A stretch of DNA of 64,000 nucleotides from Anthoceros angustus (lineage: Eukaryota > Plantae > Anthocerotophyta). Positions within the stretch are counted from its first letter, which is position 1. The number at the start of each line of letters is the position of its first letter. Of this stretch, positions 27,101-42,186 are shown one piece after another. The stretch lies in NCBI GenBank assembly GCA_010909165.1, contig VJWM01000259.1:124001-188000 (forward strand), read 5' to 3'. Below the pieces are notes generated by a model, which was given only the letters and a program-made list of their open reading frames with translations, searched no databases and was not told the DNA's origin. Position numbers and translations under genes: made by a program.

Positions 27101-29160
27101 TGATGACCATATGGTTTGATTCGTGCATGCGGCTCGCCGTGCTTGGAGCCATACAAGTGGCGCGCAAGCGGTGAGACGACCCGATGGTTTTGCTACCACG
27201 GTGGATGTTCACCGTGATCACTGGGAATTGGTGTCTGTGGTGATTAGCACGATGTCGCTGCCATGGATGGATGCGGATGGATGGGTGGATCAGGTAGTCG
27301 ATCTAAACGTGAACGGATGACCATGCACGGCCAATCCTTTTGTCACAAATTGGGATCCGTGTGATGTGGTCTTGACCCCGCACGTGGGCTTGTGATGGGC
27401 GGGATGGGTGGATCCAGACGGGTTGGAGAGAAAACGATCGGCAATAAACGACGCCGCTTTGCTTACGAGAATGCATGAGGATGTGTAGTGATTGAGATTG
27501 GTGCAACTTGATGAGAAAATGATACGTGGTATCTGCGCAAGGAAGTGTGTGATGGGCGGGAGTGGTGACTTGGAGAGAAAAGATGCGGTGAGGGTGCCGC
27601 TTGGTGACCCGTCTCACGGAGAGGTGTGTCTGACGCCCACCGGTGAGGATCGACTATGGGCAAGAAAGGGTGGGGCGGGGGCGATTGTCTGCCGGCCTCT
27701 TTTGACGCGATTTTGACCGGACGGGTTGGAGGATTCTTGGTTTTTCGCCCCTACGCCATCGCTCATGGATTGCTTGGGAATGATGACCATATGGTTTGAT
27801 TCGTGCATGCGGCTCGCCGTGCTTGGAGCCATACAAGTGGCGCCCGCAACGGTGAGACGACCCGATGGTTTTGCTACCACGGTGGATGTTCACCGTGATC
27901 ACTGGGAATTGGTGTCTGTGGTGATTAGCACGATGTCGCTGCCATGGATGGATGCGGATGGATGGGTGGATCAGGTAGTCGATCTAAACGTGAACGGATG
28001 ACCATGCACGGCCAATCCTTTTGTCACAAATTGGGATCCGTGTGATGTGGTCTTGACCCCGCACGTGGGCTTGTGATGGGCGGGATGGGTGGATCCAGAC
28101 GGGTTGGAGAGAAAAACGATCGGCAATAAACGACGCCGCTTTGCTTACGAGAATGCATGAGGATGTGTAGTGATTGAGATTGGTGCAACTTGATGAGAAA
28201 ATGATCATGGTGGTCAAGTAAGTGTGTGATGGTGAGACCGGTGAGCGACTTGGAGAGAAAAGATGCGTGGAGTGCCGCTCTATTGGTGACAATGATACAT
28301 GGGTGTGTGATGATGGAGACGATGCGGCTGGGCCGCTTGTTTGCCGCAAGGATGTGTATGAAATTAAGCTGAGACTAGTGAGCGAAAAACGATCCTCATC
28401 AAGTGGATGCCTTGTTTGCTTCAAGCTGGGTAGGTATGTAATGGTTGAGACTCATGAGCGGCGGAGAAAAACGATGTAGGTGTGGATGCACGTTGTATAC
28501 TTGCAAGGATGCATGTGGGTGTTTGATGATTGAGACGATGAACGGCCTAGAAAACAATGCAAGCAATGATGCACACTACTCCCTTGCTACAAGGATGCAT
28601 GTGGGTTTGTGATATTGAGATCGGCTTGGAGAAAGCAGACAGCTATAGATGCACACTACTCCCTTGCTACAAGGATGCTTGCGGTAAAGGTTTTGATAAC
28701 TTACGGTGACATACCAACCATGGACCACAAATGGTGAAAGTGCTCGCTACTTTGACAACCACGAAATTAATGGTGACATGCATGATTTTCTCTCTCATGA
28801 GCTGATGTTCCTATTTGCCTGTTGATCACAGTTGCTAGCATGCTGAAAAATGGAAGAGTGCTTATAGACATCTTGGTTCACTTCTTGATTCGATGTAGGC
28901 TCTAACTACTTACCAAGGGGAATTGCCGGACACATTGCATGCCTTTACACAATCATCCGTGTACGCTACAAATGTGATATACTCATACCAATGGAGGTGG
29001 GCATCTGGATCTCACACATGGGGTTGCTTAGAATTAGGAGACCTATGGTGAACTTGGAAAATCCTTCCATGGGATTCGGATTTTAAAATATATCTCTAAA
29101 CAGCTTTGCTTGAAATGACTGGCTGTCAGCAAATACATTTATGCGATGTAGTCTAGGAAA
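24101..29160 (+). repeat. U block copy 3 (~5.06 kb, internal duplications including a 676-bp unit)
   Basis: Same termini as copy 2; CTTGGTGACCCGTCTCACGG junction at 26924 and 27600. Confidence 0.9.
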
Positions 29161-29170
29161 TCTATCTATC

Positions 29171-32100
29171 TTGTTCTTCTTGGTTTGGTCACCAAGAATC
29201 CTTTCAACCTTCGGGTTTAGAAAGTCTGCAGTTCAAATCTCTTGTGGATTAATCATGCTGGTGGTGTTCACCAAATGTGTTGGACTCACTAAGGTGGAAT
29301 TGGCTTGGTGTTCGTGGCAATCGAGTTTCTCCGCCTCATTCACCGGGCTACACATCTGGTTTGATCCCCCCTTCGTCGCCATGTGATTGCTTCCATTGTC
29401 CCCCCTCCATTCATGCTGAAATTCAATTGCGATAAGCAGCTGATGCTTTGTGGTGATGGATGGCACCCTCCCATCTCTGGAGGTCCTCTCATTCAACGAT
29501 TGGTGCAAGCTTGCCAATTCACTAACGGAAGTGATGAAGGGATGAAGCTTCTTCAAACCATTGAGCGTAACTTGGAGCAATGTGTCGTCAATGACGGTAT
29601 GCACAAGCAGCAGTTGGACGAGGAAAGAGTTCGGATTGCCAAGGCTCAAGGTTGCAATGTCGGCATGAGCTGGCCCATGCTTCATAGAGGGGCGATTCCC
29701 ATGCTTCCCCACGCCAACATGACGGAGGAGGACCGCACCTTCATGCGTGAATATGTCGCCCAAGCACAAGAAAGCAAAGTCGATGGGGACAAGCAAATGG
29801 GTTTCCTCTCATGAGCAATGTCCCATTCCTCTTGTTGCACCTAGGGACATTGAGGTGATTGTGCTGCCATCTCCCACAAGATGTGGTGGCTCTAACCTCT
29901 CTTACTTGGCACCTTCATCTGAAACTTTTCAAGTCCTTTGTAGGCTAAGTGATGAAGAAATGGTGTTGGCCGAGGCCGGGGATGGAAATGTGGCTTGGGC
30001 TGGGTTTTTGCAACTAACAGCCCGCGGCTTGCTTTGATGCTACCAAATGCCGAATGATGAGATGATGTTGTGTAGGGTAAAAGGCTCATGTGGTGGCCAG
30101 GGGAAGGACCATGACAAAACATGGTGGAATTGGCTCAGCCTTACATCAAATGCATCGCCAAGATTTGTTGAAGTGATGGTAGGGCTGCTCGCAATGGCGA
30201 TATCATCCGGTTTGACCAAGCCCTCGTTCATACGACATTTGGATGAGTTCTTTCATGTAGCCTCCGTGTTCAATGGCTTGCCTTCACAAAGATTCTGAAT
30301 GCTGGCCAAAACTGATTGTGTGAAAGCCCACATTTCCTTCATGTATGTCGTGAAATGATCTTTGGATGGTGCTTCTGCATTTGCCACTAACCCCACCCAA
30401 AGGCTCCTTGTTGCATTCCACGGATCAGCAAAACTCATGATAGAAAATGATCAAGCCTCCTTCCTTCACGGAAGAATGCGATCGTTTGATGAAACAGAGT
30501 TGAGGTCCAATCAAAAATCCTATGCGCAAAGCAAAGTCGATGGGGACAAGCGAAAAGTCCTCACGAGGCACCCGTGGCAATAGGCAAGGTGGCCCTATGA
30601 TGCACAATAGGTTTTCTAACAAATATGCTAGCCACAGTAGCGGCCCCTACTATCGAAAGAAGACTCTCCTATGGCTCGACATTGTTTGCTAGCAACCTTA
30701 GCTCTCCAGCCTCATCCGACACCCGGCTCCTTCCAACACATGGTGGCACTCCGACGTGCCTCTTCTACCTCTAAGCCTCCTAGTGGACTACGGGAACCAA
30801 ACTCGGTGATTTTTGTGTGATGACCCTCTTTTCTTCGTTGTCCGCTAATTTTTCCTTGGTTGCCTTTTCCGGTGTCATCCACGATGATCTGGTCGCTGAT
30901 CGCATGTTGCTTTTGACATGGTGAATGGCAATTAGTGAAGCATGCACCGATCCAATGCTGGTTTCGTTCACACGTCGTAATAGGTATTGGAACATTTGCA
31001 AGTGAAAAGTTGACCAAGCTACTAACATGCTTGGTGATGCTTCCTTGATGCGACTAGTCTTGGAAACTACCTTTGGATGGAGACATGTTGCCTCCTTGAG
31101 GCAAGAGGTGTACAAGCCTCGGAAAGTTTTGTGGATTTTCTTTTGAACACGGAGATAGTGTGCCCATCACAAAAGCGCTTGGCTTTTGTGGATCCTTTGA
31201 CCATGGATCCCAATGATGGGGTGGCTCATGTTCATATGGCTTGTTGTCGTGAGGACCGTAACCTCCAAGCACAACTCGGTATGGGATGAACGATCCCCTT
31301 GCCTCCTCAACGCCCCGATCGTGGAGTGTTCGGATTCTTTGCACAACTTGTGGAAATTTTCTTAGCACATGGGTGCAATCTGTTAGATGAGCATGTCTTT
31401 TTGGCTCAAAATTGGCTGCGTTCACAGTGCTTCCAATCTTTGAGACAAGCCAAAAAACAAAGGCTTTGGTCCCATGGTAGGATTCATGTGCTGAAAAACT
31501 CATGCGCAAGGGATGAGCTCTCATGGCTCCTTAACCACCTCTATTGTTCTGGCCTTGATAAAGCCAACACCACAGTCTGTTTTCAAAGCATCTTCTATGT
31601 CAGGAAATGTGCCTTGAAAAGACTTTGTGATCCGGACTTCTCACCCCGGCTAAAAAATGGCACTTGGTTGCCTATCTCACGTATCCTGAGCAACATTCAA
31701 TTCCAGCTGGAAAGCATGCTCCCTGAGATTCCGGTGGACCAAGACTTTGGTCTCCCTTTCCTCATGGGAATCTTTAAACAGCATAAATTGAAGCATAGGT
31801 GGTTAACCAATGGACATGATTGTGTGTTCTCTATTTTGGCAGACCTACTCACATTTGCCACAAATCTCATTATTCCAATTTTAAGGGATTGGACCCTTGG
31901 GCTTCAAGAGGGCTATAAAAACCTACTTGGTGTGGATACCTCAATGTTTTGGATCACGGAATCCATGGTACAAGTGGCAATCAATCTCCCTGCTAAAATA
32001 CATTCTATTTTAGTGGCGGATATTACGCGATGCTATGAGGCTATTCCCACACAAGGAGAAGACTCCCTTGCTGAAGCCATGACATTTTGTCTTAAAAAGA

Positions 32101-33211
32101 CATACGCTCATGTCAACAGACACATGAGCAAACCTAAAACCTTATGGGTGAAATACTCATTCGCCCGCAAGGCTTTTTGTGAGTACAAGTGGGTGCATGA
32201 TGCACCTAGTTGCACCATTGGACCATGAATCCCTTCCCCATATGAGAGACTCCTAAGTCTCCACTTATGGCTTATGCATAATTGCAATGTCAACTTGGAA
32301 ACCATGCTTGGCTGCAAACCTCTAGCATTCCAATGGGCTTCTCATGTTCTCCACTTTGGTGCAACTTGTACTTCTTCTCCTATGAATGCCGCTTCATTCA
32401 ACGCCTAGTACGACTAGGAAGAACTGATCTAATGGCACTGTTCAAAGAAGCTAGAAGATACATTGATGATATCTGCTGGCTCAACTGCCACCTCGCTCAC
32501 GAATTCTTGGACCCTAATGCTAAGCGTGATCCTGACAATCCCTTTTGGATCTACCACTCCACATTGTCGAAATCTAACAAGAGCTGGATGAGACATACTT
32601 GACTGCAGAGGGCATCACACTTGGAAAGTGGGTGCACTTTCTTAGCATGCAAATTTACATTGAGGATCCCATCCTTAGAACTTATAAAACCTATAAGTTC
32701 GACAAACGAAGGGCTCTCCCATTCAAATATGCACAATACATCCACTTGAACTCTAATAGACCAATTAAGCCAAGCATACAATGTAATTGTGTCTCAAGTG
32801 TTCCCCATACTCTATGTATCTAGTGAGGCCTCACTAGCTTACATAGAACTCGTGGAACTTATTAAAGCCTTCATCAACAATGGCTTTAGGAACACAAGCT
32901 TAAAACCATTGTTAAAAATGCTTAATGCTTGGAACCTTCCCCGGTCTTAAGTTCCCACTTGAGGATCTTGTTAGCATGTTCACCTAATACCCCCACATAT
33001 AACTTCTCTCTATGGGATGTTTAGATAGATTTATGTATATGATGCTTCATGCATCATATTTCTTTCTTTTTATCATTTTATTACAATTATATTTCCTTTT
33101 TGGTAGTGTGATATACAAATATCCTTGGGTCAAGGGCATTTGTATACCTCATTTGCCTCTGATCCAAAAAGGAATATGTTTGTGAATTCAGCCACGGAAG
33201 AGTGGAGGGTG
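29171..33211 (+). pseudogene. PLE core copy 2 (uninterrupted, frameshifted; CxC partly deleted)
   Basis: 309-aa ORF 31299-32228 contains ADITRCYEAIP (32016-32048); PMGFSCSPLWCNLY and RYIDD (32456-32470); stop at 32985-32987. Confidence 0.9.
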
Positions 33212-33245
<34 letters not shown>

Positions 33246-33253
33246 CATCTATC

Positions 33254-36200
33254 CAAGAGAGAGTTATGTTCCCTATGAGATCCATGAATTTGCCCTTTGT
33301 GTGCCCATAGATTGGTGCTTCTAAATGATGTTTATCCATCCCAAACATCCCATCGATGAACTAAGTAAATCTACTCAATGTTTACGTAATACTAATTTGT
33401 GAAGGAATTTTTATTGATTTTATTTATTATTTACCCTTTATTATTTTCTTACTAATATGGTTGTTTTCCTTGATTTTTGAGATAAATTTTAATTCAAGAA
33501 AGTCTAATATGTATGCAGGTTTTATTTGTCTTTTTGGATAATAAATTTGGAAGCGTGATGTTTACAAGTATCTTTCATATGTTTTGTTTTTTAGCCTTAG
33601 AGAGGTGCCTAATCCTAAAAAATGCACCATTAGACTCTTGATAACTATGGAGTGAATAGAATATGAATATGCTTGCCTTTTTCCAACTGGTTATCACCTT
33701 TTATTGGTAGGAGGATATAGTGCCTTACCCACTTGGACATGTTAACACCTCATATGGGCCATGTGTGCATTTATGACCTCGGACCTTGTTTCACTTTTAA
33801 TATATACTACTAGGCTATAAATGAGGGATCGACCTATGTGCATGTTTGTTAAAGATGGGTTGATTCCTTGTGGGTTATCATTGGTAGGAATGGCTGCCCA
33901 ATAGGATTATATAACTTGTGAGCCGTGGTTGGATAGAATTTGCTACCCAATGAAATCCCTTCCTCCAAACTTTGGTTGGGGTTCCTCCCTTCCTCTCCTA
34001 TGCTTAGCCTCTACCTTTGATGATTGTCATTCTCTCTATTGCTCCCGCCTCTATTTGCGTGATCACCTTACTTAGTACCTTGGTCTCTTTGTCGCGTTGC
34101 CTCCCCAAGCTAGCCATGGCTACCAAGGTTGAACCTTTTCTCCTCTCTTTTACTTCACTATGCAACCTTAGAATTAGTGGATGTGCAATGGATCCCGTCT
34201 CACCAAGGATCCAGAAACGGGGCCGATGATCCCTTTTTGGTGGCTGAAGAAGGGAAGGGGGAGGGGGTGTTGACCAACACCATCTCTGTGCATCCAAGAA
34301 GCTAGACCTTGATTTGGTCATCTGGTCTAGTCTTCTAAACCTCAAGTTGTTTTTTTCGGTATGATCTAGAAGCAGCTGGATAGATGACTCAATGACTGCT
34401 AGGGTTTGTGTCTTACGGATTCAAAATACCTGGTTTGATCAACACAAGATACTTCGTGCTCGGCGGTGGCGTGGCTATGAATGTGTCGTTGTTCGCTGCA
34501 ATTTTTGTCCGGATGCCTCGTATTGGATGCATGTCTTTGGAATCGTCATCCTTTGGGATCGACTCAAGGTCCCGCTTAGGTGAAGCATCCGACGCATCTT
34601 GCGTAGCTCTTTTACCTGTATGGGGCGATGTCGATGTTTGATACATGTAGCAAGGAATGACGGTGGCGTGGGAGGACAACGACGCAGTTGAATGACGAAA
34701 ATAGGTGGTATCTTGTTGTTTGGCTTCACTGGACGATATGCTGAGCACAAGATTGCATGTGAATGGCTTCTGAAGATAGCATGCGAGATAGATATTGTGC
34801 TACCTGGATGCTCGCTTAAGCTTGCATTGGGATGTCGATCTAGTTTTGCATATCGCGTTGCTACCGGATGCTCGCTTAAGCTTCTTGGGGATGTCGATCT
34901 AGTTTTGCATATCGCGTTGCTACCACGGTTGGATGTACTCTTTGTTGACATCAGATTGCACCGAATATTGGGAGTCCGCCGAGGACAAGGGCCTCTTTGG
35001 ACGCGCTTTTGATCGGACGGGTTGGACGATCGCTGGTTTTGCTCCCTCGCCATCGCTCATGGATTGCTTGCTAGGAATCATTATCTCGGTTGAGGGTTCC
35101 ACGTGGCTGCCGTGCTTGGAGCCATACAAAGTGGCGCGTGCAAGTGGTCTGCAGCGACACGTTGGTTTTGCTTCCACGATGGCATTTCTTTGTAAGCCGG
35201 AAATTGATGTCGTGCGGTGCATAGCACGACGTCTTCTACTGGTGGGTGCTGGATATGCGGTGGGTGGATCAGACGGGGTTGTCGTCGATCTAAAAGCGTG
35301 AGCAGGATGACCATGCTACCGAATTTGCTTGGTGACCCGTCTCACGGAGAGGTGTGTCCGACGCCTCGGTGAGGATCGACTATGGGCAAGAAAAAGGGGG
35401 GTGGGCTGATTGATTGTCTCGCCTCTTTGACGCGATTTTGACCGGACGGTTGGAGGATTGCTGGTTTTCGCTCCCGCCATCGCTCATGGATTGCTTGGGA
35501 ATGATGACCATATGGTTTGATGGTTCTGCGTGGCTGCCGATGCTTGGAGCCATACAAGTGGCGCCGCAAGCGGTGAGACGACCCGATGGTTTTGCTACCA
35601 CGGTGGATGTTCACTGACGGGAATTGGTGTCTGTGGTGATTAGCATGATGTCTTTGCTACGGTGGATCTTTGGATGGGCGGATGGGTGGATCAGACGGGG
35701 TTGTCGATCTAAAACTTGACCGGGATGGCCATCGGTGCCAATCCTTTGTCACAACCGCTGGGATCGGTGATGCGGGTCGACACGTGGGCTTGTGATGGTG
35801 AGGCGTGCGGCTGGAGAGAAAGCGATCGGCAATAACGCACGCCGTTTGCTTCTGCGAGAATGCATGAGGATGTAGTGATTGAGATTGGTGCAACTTGAGA
35901 AAATGATGGGTATGTCTGCGCAAGGAAGTGTGTGATGGTGAGGCGGTGAGCGACTGGAGAGAAAAGCGATCGGCAATAACGCACGCCGTTTGCTTCTGCG
36001 AGAATGCATGAGGATGTGTAGTGATTGAGATTGGTGCAACTTGATGAGAAAATAGGTGGTATCTTGTTGTTTGCTGCAAGGAAGTGTGTGATGGTGAGGC
36101 GGTGAGCGACTTGGAGAGAAAAAGATCAGCGGAGGTGCCTGTTGTCTATTGGTGACAATGATACCGTGGGTATGTGATGATGGAGGCTATGGCATGGGCC

Positions 36201-38576
36201 CCTTTTGATTCTTTGCAAGGATGTGTATGAAATTAAGGTGAGACTAGTGAGCGAAAAAACGATCCTCATCAAGTGGATGCACTGTTTGCTTCTTTGCAAG
36301 CATACGTAGGTATGTAATGGTTGAGACTCATGAGCGGCCGGAGAAAGCGATGTAGGTGGATGCACGTTGTATACTTGCTGCAAGGATGCATGTGGGTGTT
36401 TGATGATTGAGGCGATGAACGGCCTAGAGAAAATAATGCAAGCAATGATGCACACTACTCCCTTGCTACAAGGATGCATGTGGGTTTGTGATATTGAGAC
36501 CGGTGAGCGACTTGGAGAGAAAAGCAGGGCTATAGATGCACACTACTCCCTTGATACAAGGATGCTTGCGGTAAAGGTTTTTGATAACTTACCAGGGTGA
36601 CATACCAACCATGGGCCACATATGGTGAACTGGTCTGTTCTGCTACTTTGATAACCACGACGAAATTAATGGTGACATGCATGATTTTTCTCTCTCATGA
36701 ACAGCTAATGTTCCTATTTGTCTGTTGATCCTGGTTGCTAGCATGCTGAAAAATGGGAGAGTGCTTATAGACATCTTGGTTCACTTCTGTCGATTCGATG
36801 TAGTGTCTAACTACTTACCAAGCTGGTGGAAATTGATGTCGTGCGGTGCATAGCACGTCGCCTGATGGGTCTTTGGATGGGCGGGATGGGTGGATCAGAC
36901 GGGGTTGTACGTCGATCTAAAAGCGTGAACGGATGACCATGCGGCTACGATTTGCTTGGTGACCCGTCTCACGGAGAGGTGTGTCGACGCCTCGGTGAGG
37001 ATCGACTATGGGCAAGAAAAAAGCGTATGGGCGGGGCTGATTGTCTGGCCTCTTTTGGACGCGATTTTTGACCGGACGGGTTGGATGATTGCTGGTTTTG
37101 CTACTCCCCGCTGCCATCGCTCATGGATTGCTTGCTGGGAATGATGACCATATGGTTTGACGGTTCTGCTGTGGCTGCCTGTGCTTGGAGCCATACAAGT
37201 GGCGCCTGCAAACGGTGCTGCAGACGACCCGATGGTTTTGCTACCACGGTGGATGTTCACTGTTGACTGCTGGGAATTGGTGTCCTGTGGTGATTAGCAC
37301 GACGTGCTGCTACGGCTGGTGGATGCTGGATGGGCAGGAGGGGTGGATCCAGACGGGGTTGTCGATCTAAAACTTGATCGGGATGGCCATCGGTGCCAAT
37401 CCTTTGTCACAACCGGGATCGGTGATGTGGCGGTCGACCCCGCTTGTGATGGTGAGGCGTGCGGCTGGAGAGAAAATGATCTTGGCAATAACGCACGCCG
37501 TTTGCTTCTGCGAGAATGCATGAGGATGTGTAGTGATTGAGATTGGTGCAACTTGAGAAAATGATACATGTAGTCTGCTGCAAGGAAGTGTGTGATGGTG
37601 AGGCGGTGAGCGACTTGGAGAGAAAAAGATGCAGTGAGGTGCCGCCTATTGGTGACAATGATACCGTGGGTGTGTGATGATGGAGATGCGACGGTGGGCC
37701 ACGCCGTTTGCTTCTTTGGATGTGTATGAAATTAAGACGGCTGAGACTAGTGAGCGACTTGAAAAAAACGATGCTCATCAAGTGGATGCACGCTGTTTGC
37801 TTGCTGCAAGCATGCAGGTAGGTATGTAATGGTTGAGACTAATGAGCGGCCCGGAGAAAAAACGATGTAGGCTGTGGATGCACGTTGTATACCTGCTGCA
37901 AGGATGCATGTGGGTGTTTGATGATTGAGACTGATGAACGGCCTAGAGAAAACAATGCAAGCAATGATGCACACTGTCTGCTTGCTGCAAGGATGCATGT
38001 GGGTTTGTGATATTGAGGCGGTGAGCGACTTGGAGAGAAAAGCAGACAGCTATAGATGCACTACTCCCTTGCTACAAGGATGCTTGCGGTAAAGGTTTTT
38101 GATAACTTACGGTGACATACCAACCATGGACCACATATGGTGAACTGTCATTACGCTACTTTGACAACCACGAAATTAATGGTGACATGCATGATTTTTC
38201 TCTCTCATGAACAATGATGTTCCTATTTGCCTGTTGATCCTGGTTGCTAGCATGCTGAAAAATGGAAGAGTGCTTATAGACATCTTGGTTCACTTCTGTC
38301 GATTCGATGTAGTCTAACTACTTACCCGGGAAATTGCGGACACATTGCATGCCTTTACACAATCATCCGTGTGCACGATACAAATGTGATATACTCATAC
38401 CAATGGAGGTCGATCTTTGGATCTCTCACACATGGGGTTGCTTACAATTAGGAGACCTATGGTGCGAACTTGGAAAATCCTTCCACAGGATTCGGATTTT
38501 AAAATATATCTCTAAACAGCTTTGCTTGAAATGACTGGCTAGGTCAGGCAACATTTATGCGATGTAGTCTAGGAAA
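33254..38576 (+). repeat. U block copy 4 (~5.3 kb, several internal duplications)
   Basis: Same termini; 61-bp duplication at 34800-34925, duplication near 35790-36110, jump back near 36825. Confidence 0.9.
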
Positions 38577-38594
38577 TCTATCTATCCATCTATC

Positions 38595-41500
38595 CAAGAG
38601 AGAGTTATGTTCCCTATGAGATCCATGAATTTGCCCTTTGTGTGCCCATAGATTGGTGCTTCTAAATGATGTTTATCCATCCCAAACATCCCATCGATGA
38701 ACTAAGTAAATCTATTCCTTCAATGTTTACGTAATACTAATTTGTGAAGGAATTTTTATTGATTTTATTTATTATTTACCCTTTATTATTTTCTTACTAA
38801 TATGGTTGTTTTCCTTGATTTTTGAGATAAATTTTAATTCAAGATAGTCTAATATGTATGCAGGTTTTATTTGTCTTTTTGGATAATAAACTTGGAAGCG
38901 TGATGTTTACAAGTATCTTTCATATGTTTTGTTTTTGACCTTAGAGAGGTGTCTAACCCATAAAAATGCACCATTAGACTCTTGATAACTATGGAGTGAA
39001 TAGAATATGAATATGCTTGCCTTTTTCCAATGGCTATCACCTTTTAATGGTAGAAGGACATAGTGCCTTACCCACTTGGGCATATTATAATTAACACCTC
39101 ATATGGGCCATGTGTACATTTATGACCTCGGACCTTGTTTCACTTTTAATATATACTACTAGGCTATAAATGAGGGATCGACCTATGTGCATGTTTGTTA
39201 AAGATGGGTTGATTCCTTGTGGGTTATCATTGGTAGGAATGGCTGCCCAATAGGATTATATAACTTGTGAGCCGTGGTTGGATAGAATTTGCTACCCAAT
39301 GAAATCCCTTCCTCCAAACTTTGGTTGGGGTTCCTCCCTTCCTCTCCTATGCTTAGCCTCTACCTTTGATGATTGTCATTCTCTCTATTGCTCCCGCCTC
39401 TATTTGCGTGATCACCTTACTTAGTACCTTGGTCTCTTTGTCGCGTTGCCTCCCCAAGCTAGCCATGGCTACCAAGGTTGAACCTTTTCTCCTCTTCTAC
39501 TTCACTATGCAACCTTAGAATTAGTGGATGTGCAATGGATCCCGTCTCACCAAGGATCCGAGCGGGCCGATGATCCCTTTTGGTGGCTGAAGAAGGGAAG
39601 GGGAGGGTGTTGACCAACACCATCTTTGTGCATCAAGAAGCTAGACCTTGATTTGGTCATCCGGTCTAGTCTTCTAAACCTCAAGTTGTTTTTCGGTATG
39701 ATCTAGAAGCGGTGGATAGATGACTCAATGATGCTAGGGTTTGTGTCTTACGGATTCAAAATACGGTTTGATCAACACAAGATACTTCGTGCTCCGTGGC
39801 GTGGCTATGAATGTGTCGTTGTTCGTCTGCAATTTTGTCCGGATGCCTCGTATTGGATGCATGTCGGAATCGTCATCCTTTGGGATCGACTCAAGGTCCC
39901 GCTTAGGTGAAGCATCGGCATCTTGCGTAGGTTTGATTTGCGTGAGGCCCGATATTGATGTTTGATACATGTAGCAAGGAATGACGGTGGTAGTGGGAGG
40001 ACAACGACGCAGTTGAATGACGTAAAATAGGTGGTATCTTGTTGTTTGGCTTCACTGGACGATCTGCTGAGCACAAGATTGCATGTGAATGGCTTCAGAA
40101 GATAGCATGCAGATAGATATTGTGCTACCTGGATGCTCGCTTAAGCTTGCGACTGGGATGTCAATCTAGTTTTGCATATCGCGTTGCTACCACGGTTGGA
40201 TGTACTTGCTGTTGACTGTACTGTAAGATTGCACTGGAATATTGGGAGTCCGCTGAGGACAAGGGCCTCTTTTGGACGCGCTTTTGATCGGACGGGTTGG
40301 AGGATTGCTGGTTTTGCTCCCGCCGCCATCGCTCATGGATTGCTTGCTAGGAATCATTATCTCGGTTGAGGGTTCCACGTGGCTCGTGCTTGGAGCCATA
40401 CAAAGTGGCGCGTGCAAGTGGTGCCGCACTGTTGGTTTTGCTTCCACGATGGGCTTTCTTAAGCTGGAAATTGATGTCTGCGTGCATAGCACGACGTCTT
40501 TACTCTGTGGTGGGTGCTGGATATGCACTGGGTGGATCGGACGGGTTGTCGTCGATCTAAACGTGAACGGATGACCATGCGCTACCGAGAATTTGCTTGG
40601 TGACCCGTCTCACGGAGAGGTGTGTCGACGCCTCGAGGATCGACTATGGGCAAGAAAACGATGTAGTGATTGAGTCTGCGCCTCTTTGGACGCGATTTTT
40701 GACCGGACGGGTTGGAGGATTGCTGGTTTTGCTCCCGCCATCGCTCATGGATTGCTTGCGGGAATGATGACCATATGGTTTGATTTTCTGTGGCACCGCT
40801 GAGCCATACAAGTGGCGCGCAAGCGGTGAGACGACCGATGGTTTTGCTACCACGGTGGATGTTCCGTTGACAGGAATTGGTGTCTGTGGTGATTAGCATG
40901 ATGTCGCTACGGTGTGGATCTTTGGATGGGGATGGGTGGATCCAGACGGGGTTGTCGATCTAAAACTTGACCGGATGGCCATCGCCAATCCTTTGTCACA
41001 ACCGGGATCGGTGATGTGGCGGGTCTTGACCCCGCACGTGGGCTTGTGATGGTGAGGCGGTGAGCGACTTGGAGAAAACGATCCTCATCAAGTGGATGCA
41101 CGTTGTATACTTCGCAAGGATGCATGTGGGTGTTTGATGATTGAGATTGGTGCAACTTGATGAGAAAATGATACGGTAGGTATGCTGCAAGGAAGTGTGT
41201 GATGGTGAGGCGGTGAGCGACTTGGAGAGAAAAGATGCAGGCGATGGGTACCGCCTATTGGTGACAATGATACCGTGGGTGTGTGATGATGGAGATTGCG
41301 ATCGACGGGCCGCCTTGTTTGTTTCTGCAAGGATGTGTATGAAATTAAGGCCTGAGACTAGTGAGCGGCCGAAAAACGATGCTCATCAAGTGGATGCACG
41401 CGTTTGCTTCTTTGCAAGGATGCATGTGGGTGTGTGATGGTGAGGCGGTGAGACTAGTGAGCGGCCCGGAGAAAACGATGTAGTGGATGCACGTTGTATA

Positions 41501-42176
41501 CTTCGCAAGGATGCATGTGGGTGTTTGATGATTGAGGCGATGAACGGCCTAGAAAACAATGCAAGCAATGATGCACATGCCTTCGCAAGGATGCATGTGG
41601 GTTTGTGATATTGAGGCGGTGAGCGACTTGGAGAGAAAAGCGAGGCAGCTATAGATGCACACTACTCCCTTGCTACAAGGATGCTTGCGGTAAAGGTTTT
41701 GATAACTTACGGTGACATACCAACCATGGACCACAAATGGTGGTAGTGCATTACGCTACTTTGACAACCACACGAAATTAATGGTGACATGCATGATTTT
41801 CTCTCTCATGAACTGATGTTCCTATTTGCTTGATCCCAGTTGCTAGCATGCTGAAAAATGGAAGAGTGCTTATAGACATCTTGGTTCACTTCTGTCGATT
41901 CGATGTAGGTGTCTAACTACTTACCAACCGGTGGCGGAAATTGCGGACACATTGCATGCCTTTACACAATCATCCGTGTGCACGCTACAAATGTGATATA
42001 CTCATACCAAGGAGGGTGGATCGGATCTCTCACACATGGGGTTGCTTACGAATTAGGAGACCTATGGTGCGAACTTGGAAAATCCTTCCCCGATTCGGAT
42101 TTTAAAATATATCTCTAAACAGCTTTGCTTGAAATGACAGCTAGGTCGGTGCATTTATGCGATGTAGTCTAGGAAA
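38595..42176 (+). repeat. U block copy 5 (~3.58 kb, near basic length)
   Basis: Same termini and module order, without large duplications. Confidence 0.9.
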
Positions 42177-42186
42177 TCTATCTATC

